Source: Carcharhinus amblyrhynchos (Eukaryota). Taken from it: a stretch of DNA of 64,000 nucleotides. The stretch covers positions 74,710,001 to 74,774,000 of the forward strand of contig OZ336875.1 in NCBI GenBank assembly GCA_965287045.1. The letters run 5' to 3'. Position numbers and translations under genes: made by a program. Positions 23,801 to 35,915 of the stretch are shown piece after piece. Positions within the stretch are counted from its first letter, which is position 1; the number at the start of each line of letters is the position of its first letter. The notes under the pieces were generated by a model. The model saw only the letters and a list, made by a program, of their open reading frames with translations, did not search any database and was not told the DNA's origin.

Positions 23801-25505
23801 CTTGCCTTAAGAATCTGACAGAATTCTTTGAGGAGGTGACAAAAACGGTCGACGAAGGATGAGCCGTTGATGTCGTCTATATGGATTTCAGTAAGGCGTT
23901 TGACAAAGTCCCTCATGGTAGGTTGGTACAGAAGATTAAAGCTCATGGGCTATGTGGTCAGCTATCTAGATGGGTAGAGAACTGGCTTGCAAAGAGGAGT
24001 CAGAGAATAGTAGTGGAGGGGTCCTTTTCTAGCTGGAGGTCTGTCACTAGTGGTGTGCCGCAGAGCTCAGTACTGGGACCTCTTCTCTTTGTAGTGTATA
24101 TAAATGATTTGGAAGAGGGAGTAGGTGGTGTGATCAGCAAATTTGCTGATGACACCAAGATGGCTGGATTGGTGGGCAGTGAGGAGCAGTGTCTGGCAAT
24201 ACAGCGGGATATTGATAGGCTGGTTGATTGGGCAGATACATGGCAAATGGAGTTTAATCTGGTTAAATGTGAGCTGATGCATCTTGGTCGGAATAATGTA
24301 GGGGGGGAGTTATATGATTAAGGGTAAGCCCGTAAGGAGTATAGAATCACAGCGAGACCTGGGGGTGCAAGTGCACAAGTCTTTGAAGGTGGCAGTGCAA
24401 GTGGAGAGTGTGGTGAAGAAAGCCTATGGTATGTCAGCCTTTATAGAAAGGGGTATAGAATATAAGAGCTGGAGTCTAATGTTGCAGTTGTACAGAACGT
24501 TGGTTAGGCCGCATTTAGAGTACTGTATCCAGTTCTGGTCGCCTTACTACTGGAAGGACGTGGAGACTCTGGAGAGAGTGCAGAGGAGGTTTACCAGGAT
24601 GTTGCCTGGTATGGAAGGACTAGGGTATGAGGAAAGATTGAATAAATTGGGGCTCTTTTCCCTTGAAAGACGCCGACTGAGGGGGGATCTAATAGAGGTA
24701 TATAAGATTATGAAGGGTATAGATAGAGTAAACAGAGGTAAGCTATTTCCTATGATAGAGACACGTAGGACGAGGGGCCATGGACTTAAGGTGAGGGGGG
24801 AGAGGTACAACACAGATATTAGAGGGAGGTTTTTCACACAGGGTAGTGGGGGTATGGAATGCTCTGCCAAGGTGGTGGAGGCAAACACACTAGAGTCATT
24901 TAAGAGTAACTTAGACAGGCACATGACTGAATTGGAGATGGGTGGATATCGGAGATTGTTTTAAATAAGGGTCATTAGCATTGGGGCGTCCCTGGTAATA
25001 TAAATGGATATGGTATGATAATAGTGTTTTTTCTCTTTTCAGTCACAGGTTTTAAGTCGGTCCGCCTCGTGTCCAACGAGGGGCATACACGCAATGGATC
25101 GTACTGGGGCTGCTCTTGGTTGTTCGAGATTGGCCTAGTGCTTCATGTCGTTAGCGTGTGCCTACACTGGACCAGATACTGGGCAAGACGACAGCTCAGT
25201 GACTATCGCTGATTGCTGTGCAGACACATGGATTTGGGCCGGTGTCTGTGGGAGTTTGCGCATTCTCCCTGTGCTTGCGTGGGTTTTCTCCGGGTGCTCA
25301 GGTTTCCTCCCACACCCCAAAGATGTGCTGTTAGGCTGATTGGCAGGAATAAATTGTCCCTAAATCAGATTCCCTCAATCTGGATGGCCATAAAACATTA
25401 GACAGGGGTCGTGGGTGGAGAGGGGGACTGGTGGTGTTGAGATGGCGGCGTGGGCTCGTTGGGCCGAAGGGCCTGTTTCCCGGGCTGATTTTGTTCTTTG
25501 TTCTT
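20813..25505 (+). mobile_element. Full-length CR1-clade LINE (disrupted) with V-SINE-derived 3' end
   Basis: 5'UTR, then ORF1 at 21140-22050 (Cys zinc finger, leucine zipper, SGNH esterase-like). ORF2 at about 22107-24964 has an AP endonuclease (VTETWL, GDFN, SDH) and RT (PQ.SVLGP, FADD) with several stops and frameshifts. TTTGTTC tail. Splits an older antisense CR1 tail, with a possible TACC duplication at 20809 and 25506. Confidence 0.95.
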
Positions 25506-25729
25506 TACCCGTCCAGATGCCTCTTAAATGTTACTAATGTGTCTATTTCCAACATCTCCTCTGGCAGTACGTTGAAGGCACCCACCACTCTGCGTGAAAA
25601 ATTTCCCCGCACATCTCCATTAATTTTTCCCCTTGAACCTGTGCCCCTTTGACACTTCCACCCTGGGAAAAATCCTCTGACTATCCACCCTGTCTATGCC
25701 TGTCATGACCCCATTGTGCAGAACTCCCA

Positions 25730-26460
25730 AAAATGGCTTCAGCTATCCACTTCCCCCTCATCCTATACTGGTTTCTGAGTGGTTGGCTGCAGGTGGTGTA
25801 AGTAGACCCTTCTTACTTCCCGCACCATCGCACAGGGCTGACACCACAACATAGTCTTCCCGTTCAGATATCTAACCAAGTATACCCCAGTCAGGCAGTA
25901 GAGGAACACCAAGTATAGAATGATGTTGAGGATGCAACATAATCACTTTGATTTTGCATTCTTAGGCACTAACTGAGACACTGACACTGCATATATTTTA
26001 GAGGATAGGTTATGAGGGACACATGGTGAGACCATAACGGGTGCAGGTGAGTTGCAGCCAGGGAGCAAAGACAGCACAAGGTGACAGCTTGCCAGAGATC
26101 TCATGCTATTTCTGCTACTGACATCTCAGATGAAGACTGAGTAGTCTAATGGAGTAGTCTAATTATCACCGATAGGAATGCAGAACAAAATGTTTGGTGC
26201 ATGGGCAAACCATATCATGAAGCAGGGAGAATCCCAGCACCAACTTGGCAGAGGACTTTGTACAGAGTCTGGAGGCCTCCTTCAAGGAGCAGTACATGGG
26301 GAAGGGAACACACTTAGAAGCTGATGAAATTCTGAAATAAAAGAGGATGAATCACCTTGGAGGTAAGGAAAGCAGAGTAGGGGAAGTGGAGCAATGGCCT
26401 GGAGGCAACATGGAGAGCTCTGCAGATGGAGAAGAATGTGATCCAGGGATAGGTTTCCCA
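25730..26460 (+). mobile_element. Possible remnant of the Harbinger second (Myb/SANT-like) gene
   Basis: Decayed coding-like sequence convergent with the transposase remnant. The assignment rests mainly on position. Confidence 0.3.
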
Positions 26461-27180
26461 CGCAACCTGCTTTGAAGTAGCCTGCCATTGGCCAGCGATG
26501 GGGGTCTCCTACTCCCACCGTTGTCAAAGGGGGTTCCCATTAAATGCATCCTTTGCCAATGTGAACCCTGCAGCAGAGGTGCACCATTGGCGAAACTGGT
26601 AGATCCCGCCAGCATGAATGGTTGGAAAGTTCCGGCTCCAGAGTCCGTGAGATCCGCACAAACTGTCCACTTGAAAGGACAGACCCCCATCTTTGTGACC
26701 TCCTGGAGACTCACTACTTGGGTGAACAATGGCATTTGGATCCTATCACGATGTAGTGTTCACTAACCAACATGGCAGCTTCAAGAGCAGCACAAGCGGC
26801 CGCTATCAGGTCTGAGTGCCGACAGTGTAAACTCACACTGCTGCCACCATGCCTGTGGATTAGAGTCCTCAAAGGGGTGGACACAGGGCGACTGATTAGA
26901 TTATTAGGATTGCTAGGGCACAGCCCTGTGGAATTGGCAGTGACTCCATGGGACATGAAGTCACTGTCCTCTCTCAGGCTGGCACCATTTGTCATCAAAC
27001 CTCTCATAATGGCAAGACTGTGCAACTTGCCATGCATATCTTGACACCCATGTGCAGAGCTCCTCCAGAACGGTCCAGACAGCTGAGGTCAGCACGCCAA
27101 AGATCTGTCCTGTCATATTTTGGGTGGTAAGATGGTTTCTATTGAATGCAAGCTATGCCTGTGTACCTCACCTGAGCCAT

Positions 27181-27915
27181 TACATAAGAACATAAGAAAT
27201 AGGAGCAGGAGTAGGCCATCTAGCCCTTCGAGCCTGCCCCGCCATTCAATAAGATCATGGCTGATCTGTCATGGCTCAGTTCCACATTCCCGCCCTCTCC
27301 CCATAACCCTTAATCCCCTCGCTTATCAAAAACCCATCAACCCGCGTCTTAAAAATATTTAGCAAGGCAGCCTCCACCACTTCAACAGGCAGAGAATTCC
27401 AGAGATTCACCACCCTTTGAGTGAAGAAGTTCCTCCTCAACTCTGTTCTAAACCGCCCCCCCTTTATCTTGAGGCTGTGCCCCCTAGTCCTACTGTCCTT
27501 TCTGAGCAGGAAGAATCTCTCCACCTCTATCCTATCCACCCCATTCATCATTTTATATGTCTCAATGAGATCTCCCCTCATTCTTCTAAACTCTAACAAG
27601 TACAAGCCTAGTTTATTCAGCCTCTCCTCCTAGCTCAACCCCCTCAACTCCGGTATCAGCCTAGTAAACCTCCTCTGCACTCCCTCCAAGGCCAAAATAT
27701 CCTTGCGTAAGTGCAGCGACCAAAACTGCACACAGTCCTCCAGCTGCGGCCTCACCAATGCCCTATACAGCTGCAGCAAGACCTCCCTACTTTTATATTC
27801 AATCCCCCTCGCTATGAAGGCCAGCATCCCATTCGCCTTCCTGACCACCTGCTGCACCTGCAGGCTGGGTTTTTGCGACTCATGCACAAGGACCCCGAGG
27901 TCCCTCTGCACCGTC
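27181..27915 (-). mobile_element. 5'-truncated copy of the second CR1 family
   Basis: Reverse complement closely matches 52610-53338. CATAAGAA tail at about 27181-27198. Confidence 0.93.
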
Positions 27916-28124
27916 ACCTGCTGCGTTAACCATGTTGGCTGCCCTTGTTGCCCACAAGCCACCTTTGGTTTGCCCTCATCTGCCACAAAAGAAAAGTTTC
28001 AGGACTGCTGTCAAGATACATGGAATTGACCTGCATGATTCTCTGCAATGGTCACACATCAGCTGAACATCAAGAAACTGGAGTCTCTTTTGGGTCAGTA
28101 CAGGGCATAGTTGACAAAGATATG

Positions 28125-29005
28125 TAGAGGGACAGATAATATCGAGGAAGCAAGGGGACTCCGGTAGGATGTAGACAGGTTAGGAGAGTGGGCAAAGAAG
28201 TGGCAGATGGAATACAATGTGGAAAAGTGTGAGGTTATGCACTTTGGAAGGAGGAATGGAGGCATAGACTTTTTTCTAAATGGGAAAATGCTGAGGAAAT
28301 CAGAAACACAAAGGGACTTGGAAGTCTTTGTTCAAAATTCTCTTAAGGCTAATGTGTAAGTTCAGTTGGCAGTTAGGAAGGCAAATGCAATGTTCACATT
28401 CATGTCGAGAGGGCTAGAATGCGAGAGTAGGGATGTACTTCTGAGGCTGTATAAGCTCTAGTCAGACCTCATTTGGAGTACTGTGAGCAGTTTTGGGTCC
28501 CACATGTAAGGAAGGATGTGCTGACCTTGGAAAGAGTCCAGAGGAGGTTCACATGAATGATCCCTGAAGTGAAGAGCTTGTTGCATGAGGAACGGTTGAG
28601 GATTCTGGGTCTGTACTCATTGGCTTTTAAGAGGATGAGGGGGGATCTTATTGAAACTTACAGATAATGTGAGGCCTGAATCGAGTGGATGTAGAGAGGA
28701 TGTTTCCACTAGTAAGAAAAACTAGAACCAGAGGGCACAACCTCAAGCTAAAGTGACAATCCTTTAAAACAGAGATGAGGAGGAATTTCTTCAGCCAGAG
28801 AGTGGTGAATCTGTGGAACTATTTGCTGCTGGAGGCCAGGTCATTGAGTGTCTTTAAGACAGAGATAGATAGGTTCTTGATTAATAAGGGGATCAGGGGT
28901 TATGGGGAAAAGGCAGGAGAATGGGGATGAGAAAAGAAATCAGCCATAATTGAATGGCAGAGCAGACCCAATAGGCTGAGTGGCCTAATTCTGCTCCTAT
29001 ATCTT
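28125..29005 (+). mobile_element. Older CR1 3' fragment
   Basis: Degenerate WQMEYN...HLEYC..W...LWNxL coding remnants followed by a CR1 3'UTR. Confidence 0.85.
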
Positions 29006-29849
29006 ACATGCAGTTTCTGCAAAGCAATGTGCATGCAGTTAATGGCATCCATCATTCTCAGAGAAGCCTACAATTATGTGATGTACTTCTCTGCCGGCTT
29101 GTGTGTGGCAAGAGAGAACGTAATTCAGGCTGCCCACAGACAGCAACAGTAATATGCAATGTTGGATGGAATACTGAGAGATGTTGCAAAGATCTTCAGC
29201 TCCAGCCTATTCCTCACCATGCACTTTTACACTTGTACCATGCTGCTTGCCCAGCTTTGAGGCTGCAGATGTGGCTGCAGCAGCTGGCAGATTTCAGTGA
29301 GGATGTCCTTACTAAAGCACGGATGTCTAACACATTGTTCCTTGCTGAATTTAGGTAGAAGGATTATTCTATCAATACAATTTGACCTTCTGCTGAGTAC
29401 TCTGCATTCTCTCTCCCCCTCCCTCTTCCAGCAGCTTGACCTGTTCTGCACAGGGTCTACTTTTACAGTCCTCCTGTATTTGTAAGGGGTGGGCTACAAA
29501 TGCACTGATGTTGGGGAGCAACTGGTTTGTGCGGAAGACTTGAAGTCAGCAAGTTGTCCTTCAGTATCTGCCACGACAATTCCTGCAGACTGTTTTCCAT
29601 TCAAAAAAAATTTAAAAGCACCAAACTCTTGTTGGAAACAGCTGGAAGGAATCAACCAGCAACTAACCTGACACCAGAAACCACCATGACTACCATCCCT
29701 GGGTATGCCCTGCCCCACCAGAGGAGGCACTCACTCGAGGTGGCAGCATAGTGGTGCACCTTTGAGAGGAGTAGTGCTAGGATTCCAGATCCAAAGAAGT
29801 TTATGACATCAGGTCAAGTTTGATGTAGACACTATCAACACTTCCCACT

Positions 29850-30162
29850 GTCTCAGAAAAGCCGTCAATATAATTAAGGACCCCATGCACCCCGGACATT
29901 CTCTCTTCCACCTTCTTCTGTCAGGACACGTACCAACAGACTTAAGAACAACTTCTTCCCTGCTGCCATCAGACATTTGAATGGACCTATCTCACATTAA
30001 GTTGATTTTTCTCTACTCCCTAGCTATGACTATAACACTGCATTCTGCACTCTCTCCTTTCCTTCTCTATGAACGGAATGCTTTGTCTGTCTTGCGTGCA
30101 AGAAATAATACTTTTCTCTGTATGTTAATACATGTGATAATAATAAATCAAATCAAATCAAA
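29850..30162 (+). mobile_element. Rex-Babar-like LINE 3' end
   Basis: IIKDPMHPGHSLFHLL...TNRLKNNFFPAAIR remnant with an (AATCA)n tail. Confidence 0.7.
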
Positions 30163-31431
30163 AAGGTTAAATATGTTGAGCATCAACCAGAAAATCTTTT
30201 TAAATACACCAATGACTGGTAGTAACAGAGAGAGAGAGACTCCTGGTCAACCACACTTGATGTGCAATGACACCCCTCAAGCCATAAACCTCTGGCAACA
30301 GACTTGCAACCTGTTCTGGGAATTACTAGCCAAGGAACCAGACAAAAGTCTGCCTTAATACACTGGGCAGTGACATACTGATGCCTCTTTCTGGCAAATA
30401 TCATTCTTTATAGAGTCAACTGGATATGCACTTCAAGGTACAAAGATTTGAGGGCTATAGGGACAAAAGCAGCAGAGTGCGACTCATTGGATAACTCTAG
30501 CTTTCAAATGAATCAAATAACCCTCTGTGTTGGACCATTTCTCAATTGTTAACAAGATATCCATCTGTAATGCAAAAAGAAGCTGTATTTATACCATCGT
30601 TATGAAGCAAGGCTAAGGTACAAGGCCAGATAAATTGATGTTAGTTAAAGGATAAAGGTCATCACGAAAAGCTCACTCTCTATTCTTTGAGGGATCAACC
30701 AGAGAGAGCAGACAGGCATCTCTGACAGTACAGCACTCCCTCAGTACTACAGGGGAATATGACCCTAGGTTTCTGCAGTGGGACTTGACCCTGTAACCTT
30801 CTAACTTGGAGGACAGTCATCAACTGAGTCAAGACTGATAAGGACGAACATTAATGAGCCATAGGACATAGAACCATTAAATGTTCCCTTTTTGCGACTC
30901 TTTCTCCCTTTTTTAAAAAAAATTGCCATTTACTTGTTGCAAGCTGCCTGGGATTTGTAAATTTTCCTATCCCTTGATGGATTTTGCAGTCTGCAGATTT
31001 ATCAAGAAGAAATCTGTGTTTAAAGTTAATTTACATAAGGACTGCTTTATAAATGTAGGTTTTTTGCCTCCATCATGTGTGTGCAAACAAAAAACCTTTT
31101 CATTTTTTGTTCAAAATTTTTCTTTGAGTTTTCAAGCAGAATTTCCTTTTCAAATGTCCTCCTGGGGATTTGCAGGAGGAATAACGTATGCTGTGCAAAT
31201 TATATCCATTAGCATGTCAGGAATTGTAAAACATAACTGAACTACATTTCTAAATTCTCAGGTTATAGCAAGTTCACATTCTTCACTGAGTAGCATCAAG
31301 GGATCTTTTACATTCACCTACGAGGACAGATGGGGCCTTGGTTCAATGTCTATGACCAGTCAGGGTTTCCACAATTCTTCCTGGAACTTGGCGATTTGTA
31401 TTTGATAAAGTACTTTCTTGAGGTGGAGTGA

Positions 31432-33046
31432 CATTTGACAAAGTCCCTCATGGTAGGCTGGTAGAAAAGATTAAGGCTCATGGGATACGTGGCCAGGTAT
31501 CTAGATGGGTTGAGAACTGGCTGGCTAAGAGGAGACAGAGAGTAGTAGTGGAGGGGTCCTTTTCTAGCTGGAGGTCTGTCACTAGTGGTGTGCCGCAGGG
31601 CTCAGTACTGGGACCTCTTCTCTTTGTAGTGTATATAAATGACTTGGAAGAGGGAGTAAGTGGTATGATCAGCAAATTTGCTGATGACACCAAGATGGCT
31701 GGATTGGCGGGCAGTGAGGAGCAGTGTCTGGCAATACAATGGGATATTGATAGGCTGGTATATTGGGCAGATACATGGCAAATGGAGTTTAATCTGGATA
31801 AATGTGAGGTGATGCATTTTGGCCAGAATAATGTAGGGGGGAGTTATATGATTAAGGGTAAGCCCATAAGGAGTATAGAATCACAGCAAGACCTGGGGGT
31901 GCAAGTGCACAAGTCTTTGAAGGTGGCAGTGCAAGTGGAGAAGGTTGTGAAGAAGGCCTATGGTATGTTAGCCTTTATAGGAAGGGGTATAGAATATAAG
32001 AGCTGGAGTCTAATGTTGCAGTTGTATAGAACGTTGGTTAGGCTGCATTTGGAGTACTGCATCCAGTTCTGGTAGCCTTACTACCGGAAGGACGTGGAGA
32101 CTCTGGAGAGAGTGCAGAGGAGGTTTACCAGGATGTTGCCTGGTATGGAAGGACTGGGGTATGAGGACAGATTGAAGAAATTGGGGCTCTTTTCCCTTGA
32201 AAGATGGCGACTGAGGGGGGATCTAATAGAGGTATATAAGATTATGAAGGGTATAGATAGAGTAAACAGAGGTAAGCTATTTCCTATGGTAGAGACACAT
32301 AGTACAACGGGCCATGGGCTTAAGGTGAGGGGCGAGAGGTATAACACAGATATTAGAGGGAGGTTTTTCACACAGAGGGTAGCGGGGGTATGGAATGCTC
32401 TGCCAAGTAAGGTGGTGGAGGCAAGCACGCTAGAGTTGTTTAAGAGTAACTTAGACAGGCACGTGACTGGGTTGGAGATGGGTGGATTTAGGAGATTGTT
32501 TTAAATAAGGTTCATTAGCATTGGGGCATCCCTGATAAGGTAAATGGATATGGTATGATAATAATGTTTTTTCTCTTTTCATTCACAGGTTTTAAGTCGG
32601 TCCACCTTGTTGCCCAACGAGGAGCATACACGCGATGGGTCGTACTTGGGCTGCTCTTGGTTGTTCGAGATTGGCCCAGTGCTTCATGTTGTTAGTGTGT
32701 GCTTAAACTGGACCAGATACTGGGCAAGACGACAGCTCAGTGACTATCGCTGATTGCTGTGCAGACGCATGGATTTGGGCCGGTGTCTGTGGGAGTTTGT
32801 GCATTCTCCCCATGCTTGCGTGGGTTTTCTCCGGGTGCTCCGGTTTCCTCCCATACCCCAAAGATGTGCTATTAGTCTGACTGGCAGTAATAAATTGTCC
32901 CTAAATTAGTTTCCCTCAATGTGGATGGCCATAAAACAATAGATAAGGGTCATGAGTGGAGGGGTGGACTGGTAGTGTTAAAATGGCAGCGTGGGCTCGT
33001 TGGGCCGAAGGGCCTGTTTCCCGGGCTGTTTTGTTCTTTGTTCTTT
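31432..33046 (+). mobile_element. 5'-truncated copy of the same CR1 family
   Basis: RT region and 3' end nearly identical to 23897-25505. Confidence 0.95.
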
Positions 33047-33089
33047 GGGGCGGTGGGCTTGAGTTGAGCTTTCAAGCTTGAGCTTGACT

Positions 33090-33124
33090 CACCTGATGAA
33101 GGAGCAGCGCTCCGAAAGCTCGTG
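33090..33124 (+). ncRNA. Minimal type I hammerhead ribozyme (Penelope-associated)
   Basis: CAC-CTGATGA-A-GGAGC agc GCTCC-GAA-AGCT-C-GTG: intact core with a short stem I. Confidence 0.75.
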
Positions 33125-33931
33125 CTACCAATGTTGTGAGACTTCTTACTGTGTCCGCCCCAGTCCAATGCTGGTATTTCCACATCATGAGTGCGGAATG
33201 GTCCGCTTCGAAACCCATGCCCAAGAATCAAGATGGCACCTCTGGCAGTGCAGCACTCCGTCATTAGTACACTGCAGTATCAGTCTAGAATGTGTACTCA
33301 AGCGTCTAGGGCAGGATTTGAATCTTCACCTTATGACTCAGGCTGAAAGCACAACTGACTTAGCTATTTGCATTACGTTTAATGACTGATTTTCAGTCTC
33401 TTCTGCTGTCTCCAGCCTAATCATCAAGGTCTTTCTAAGTGCATTTCATTAGTATACCCAGAATCCCAGAAATTCTGAGTGTGGTGTATCTCTGAAGCTA
33501 AGCTCAGTTACAAGGGTGTACATCCAATCTCTGGGAGTGCAAGATATTGCATATATAAAAAAGATGCTCCAGTTTTCAGGGTCTAAAGGTCCAATTAACA
33601 AACAAGTCTTTGGAGCAGAATGTGAGGCATCTATCTGCAGGTATTCCAAAAGCCTAGTTTCCCCAGTCTTGGTTTCCTATTCTATTTCCTCATAGCTCTC
33701 CCCTACACAGACCCAAGATTTCAATATTTCCCTTATACGGATCAGAGCTAGATAGGACTCAACAGAGAGAACTGAAAGAAAGATGTTCATTTCTATAGCA
33801 CCTTTCACTACCTCAGGGCATTCCATGAGCACTTTACAGCCAATTATTTATTTTTGAAGTTTAGTCACGGCTGTAATTTAGGAAACATGGCCACCAATTC
33901 ACAAACAGCAAGGCCACAAACAACAAAAACA

Positions 33932-34142
33932 AAAAGAAAACACTGAGGATGTTGGAAATCTGAAATCAAAACAAAAAGTGCTGAGAAATGCAACAAGTCT
34001 AGCAGCATCTGTGGAAAGAGAAACACTTCAAGTCCATATGATTCTTCTTTAGTGCTCTAAAGAAATCATACAGACTCGAAATGTTCACTTCGTTGTTCTC
34101 TCCACAGACTTGCTGAGTTTATCCAGCATTTTCGGTTTTGAT
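33932..34142. repeat. Fold-back (palindromic) element of the second pLTR family
   Basis: Imperfect inverted arms centred at about 34053, homologous to 5165-5290 and 56555-56640. Confidence 0.7.
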
Positions 34143-34487
34143 CTGAGTTGAATAATGACCAAGTAACCTGTTCTAGTGATGCAAAATGAACTAGATTAGG
34201 GCAGCTCCCTTACTCTTCTTCAAAGTAGGATCTTTTACATGCACTTCAGGCAGTGGAGAGGCCTCAGTTTATCAATTCATTTGATAAACAGTGCCTGCGG
34301 CAGTGCAGCATTCCCTCAGTACTGCACTGAAGTGTCAGCCTAGATTTTTTCCCTCTGATTTAGAGGCAACAGTGTGAACAACTGAGCCACAGCAGGAAGT
34401 GTGGGGGAGTTTATAAAGATCAGTGGAACACCAGGAAAGACTAAAAATCACATTCCAACACATTCTTTGTATTCTACACCAGAACAT

Positions 34488-35730
34488 TAGCACAGTGGTT
34501 AGCACTATTGCTTCACAGCTCCAAGGACCTCACTTCGATTCCTGGCTTGTGTGGAGTTTGCACAGTAAGAATACCAGGTTAAAGCCCAACAGGTTCATTT
34601 GGTAGCAAAATCCACTAGCTTTTGGAGCACTGCTCCTTCAGGTACTTGGGAGTTCTGTTCACAAACAAAGAATATAAAGACACAAACTCAATTTGCAAAA
34701 TAATGGTTGGAATGCGAGTTTTTACAGGTAATCAAGTCTTAAAGGTACAGATAATGTGAGTGGAGAGAGCGTTAAGTGCAGGTTACAGAGATGTGCATTG
34801 TCTCCAGACAGGACAGTAAGTGAGACTTTGCAAGCCCAGGCAAGTCATGGGGGTTACAGATAGTGTGACATGAACTCAAGATCCCAGTTGAGGCCATCCT
34901 CATGTGTGCGGAACTTGGCCATCAGTCTCTACTTAGCAACTCTGCATTGTCGTATGTTGTGAAGGCCGCCTTGGAGAACGCTTACCCAAAGATCAGAGGC
35001 CGAATGCCTGTGACCGCTGAAGTGTTCCCCAACAGGAAGAGAACACTCTTGCCTGCTGATTGTCCAGCGGTGTTCATTCATCTGTTGTTGTAGCGTTTAC
35101 ATGGTCTCCCCAATGTACCATGCCTTGGGACATCCTTTCCTGCAGTGTATCAGGTAGACAACATTGGCCGAGTTGCAAGAATATGTACCATGTACCTGGT
35201 GGATGGTATTCTCACGTGAGATGATGGCATCCATGTTGATGATCCGGCATGTCTTGCAGAGATTGTTGTGGCAGGGTTGTGTAGTGTCGTGGTCACTGAT
35301 CTCCTGAAGGCTGGGTAGTTTGCTGCAGACAATGGTCTGTTTGAGGTTGTGAGGTTCTTTGAAGGCAAGAAGTGGGGGTATGAGATGGCCTTGGCGAGAT
35401 GTTCGTCTCATCAATGACATGTTGAAGGCTCCGGAGAAGATGTCGTAGCTTCTCCGCTCTGAGAATTTCTCCGCTGTGGAGTTCGTATATTCTCCTCGTA
35501 TTTGGGTGGGTTTCCTCTGGGTGCTCTGGTTTCCTTCCACAGTCCAAAGACTTGCGGATTAGGTTGATTGGCCATGCTAAAAATTGCCCTTAGTGTCCTG
35601 AGATGTGTAGGTTAGAGGGATTAGTAGGTAAATATGTAGGGATATGGGGGTAAGGCATAGTTGGGATTTGTGGTCGGTGCAGATTCAATGGGCCAACGGC
35701 CTCTTTCTGTACTGTAGGCTTTCTACTGAT
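34488..35730 (+). mobile_element. V-SINE split by the Penelope insertion
   Basis: Head at 34488-34562, V-domain and tail at 35475-35730. Confidence 0.8.
34563..35474 (-). mobile_element. Penelope-like element 3' fragment (GIY-YIG endonuclease plus pLTR)
   Basis: PPLLAFK..NL...PC...CKTC....SC.SANVVYLIHCRKGCPKAWYIGET...PVGEHF...DGLN, ending at about 34854. Followed by a pLTR with a degenerate hammerhead (34612-34645). Flanked by tgtggagtttgca / tgtggagttcgta inside a V-SINE. Confidence 0.9.
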
Positions 35731-35915
35731 TCTAATTGGAGCTGGATTTTTACCTTCTGTTCTTTCCTACTCGCAGCTGAAATTTTGATTATGATGCACA
35801 TACGTTGTTAAATATGTTCTGGTTGTTAACCTGAAATCATGTGTGTAGATTTCAAGGTGGAATATCCCACACGAAAATGAGGACAAGCAGAAAGTGCCAC
35901 TATTTTAGAGATTTA

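Larger units (their letters stand above)
26990..29360 (-). mobile_element. Decayed PIF/Harbinger transposase, interrupted by two CR1 insertions
   Basis: Minus-strand remnants in HARBI1-like order: SKEQCVRHPCFSKDILTEICQLLQPHLQPQS (29350-29250), EDLCNISQYSIQHC (about 29200), CDH..RIMQVN and GWLVGNKG (28055-27940), FNRNH...IFGVL..CLDRSGGAL...LHSLAIMRG (27150-27000). Confidence 0.75.

Noticed and set aside
21451-24924. Long minus-strand ORFs over CR1 elements
   Set aside because: Antisense shadows of LINE ORF1/ORF2.
26282-27044. Overlapping 80-127 aa ORFs as a host gene
   Set aside because: They lie within decayed Harbinger sequence and show no splice structure or coherent protein.
35475-35540. 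N-terminus of the 147-aa ORF (MEGNQSTQRKPTQ...)
   Set aside because: Antisense V-SINE sequence fortuitously in frame with the Penelope fragment.
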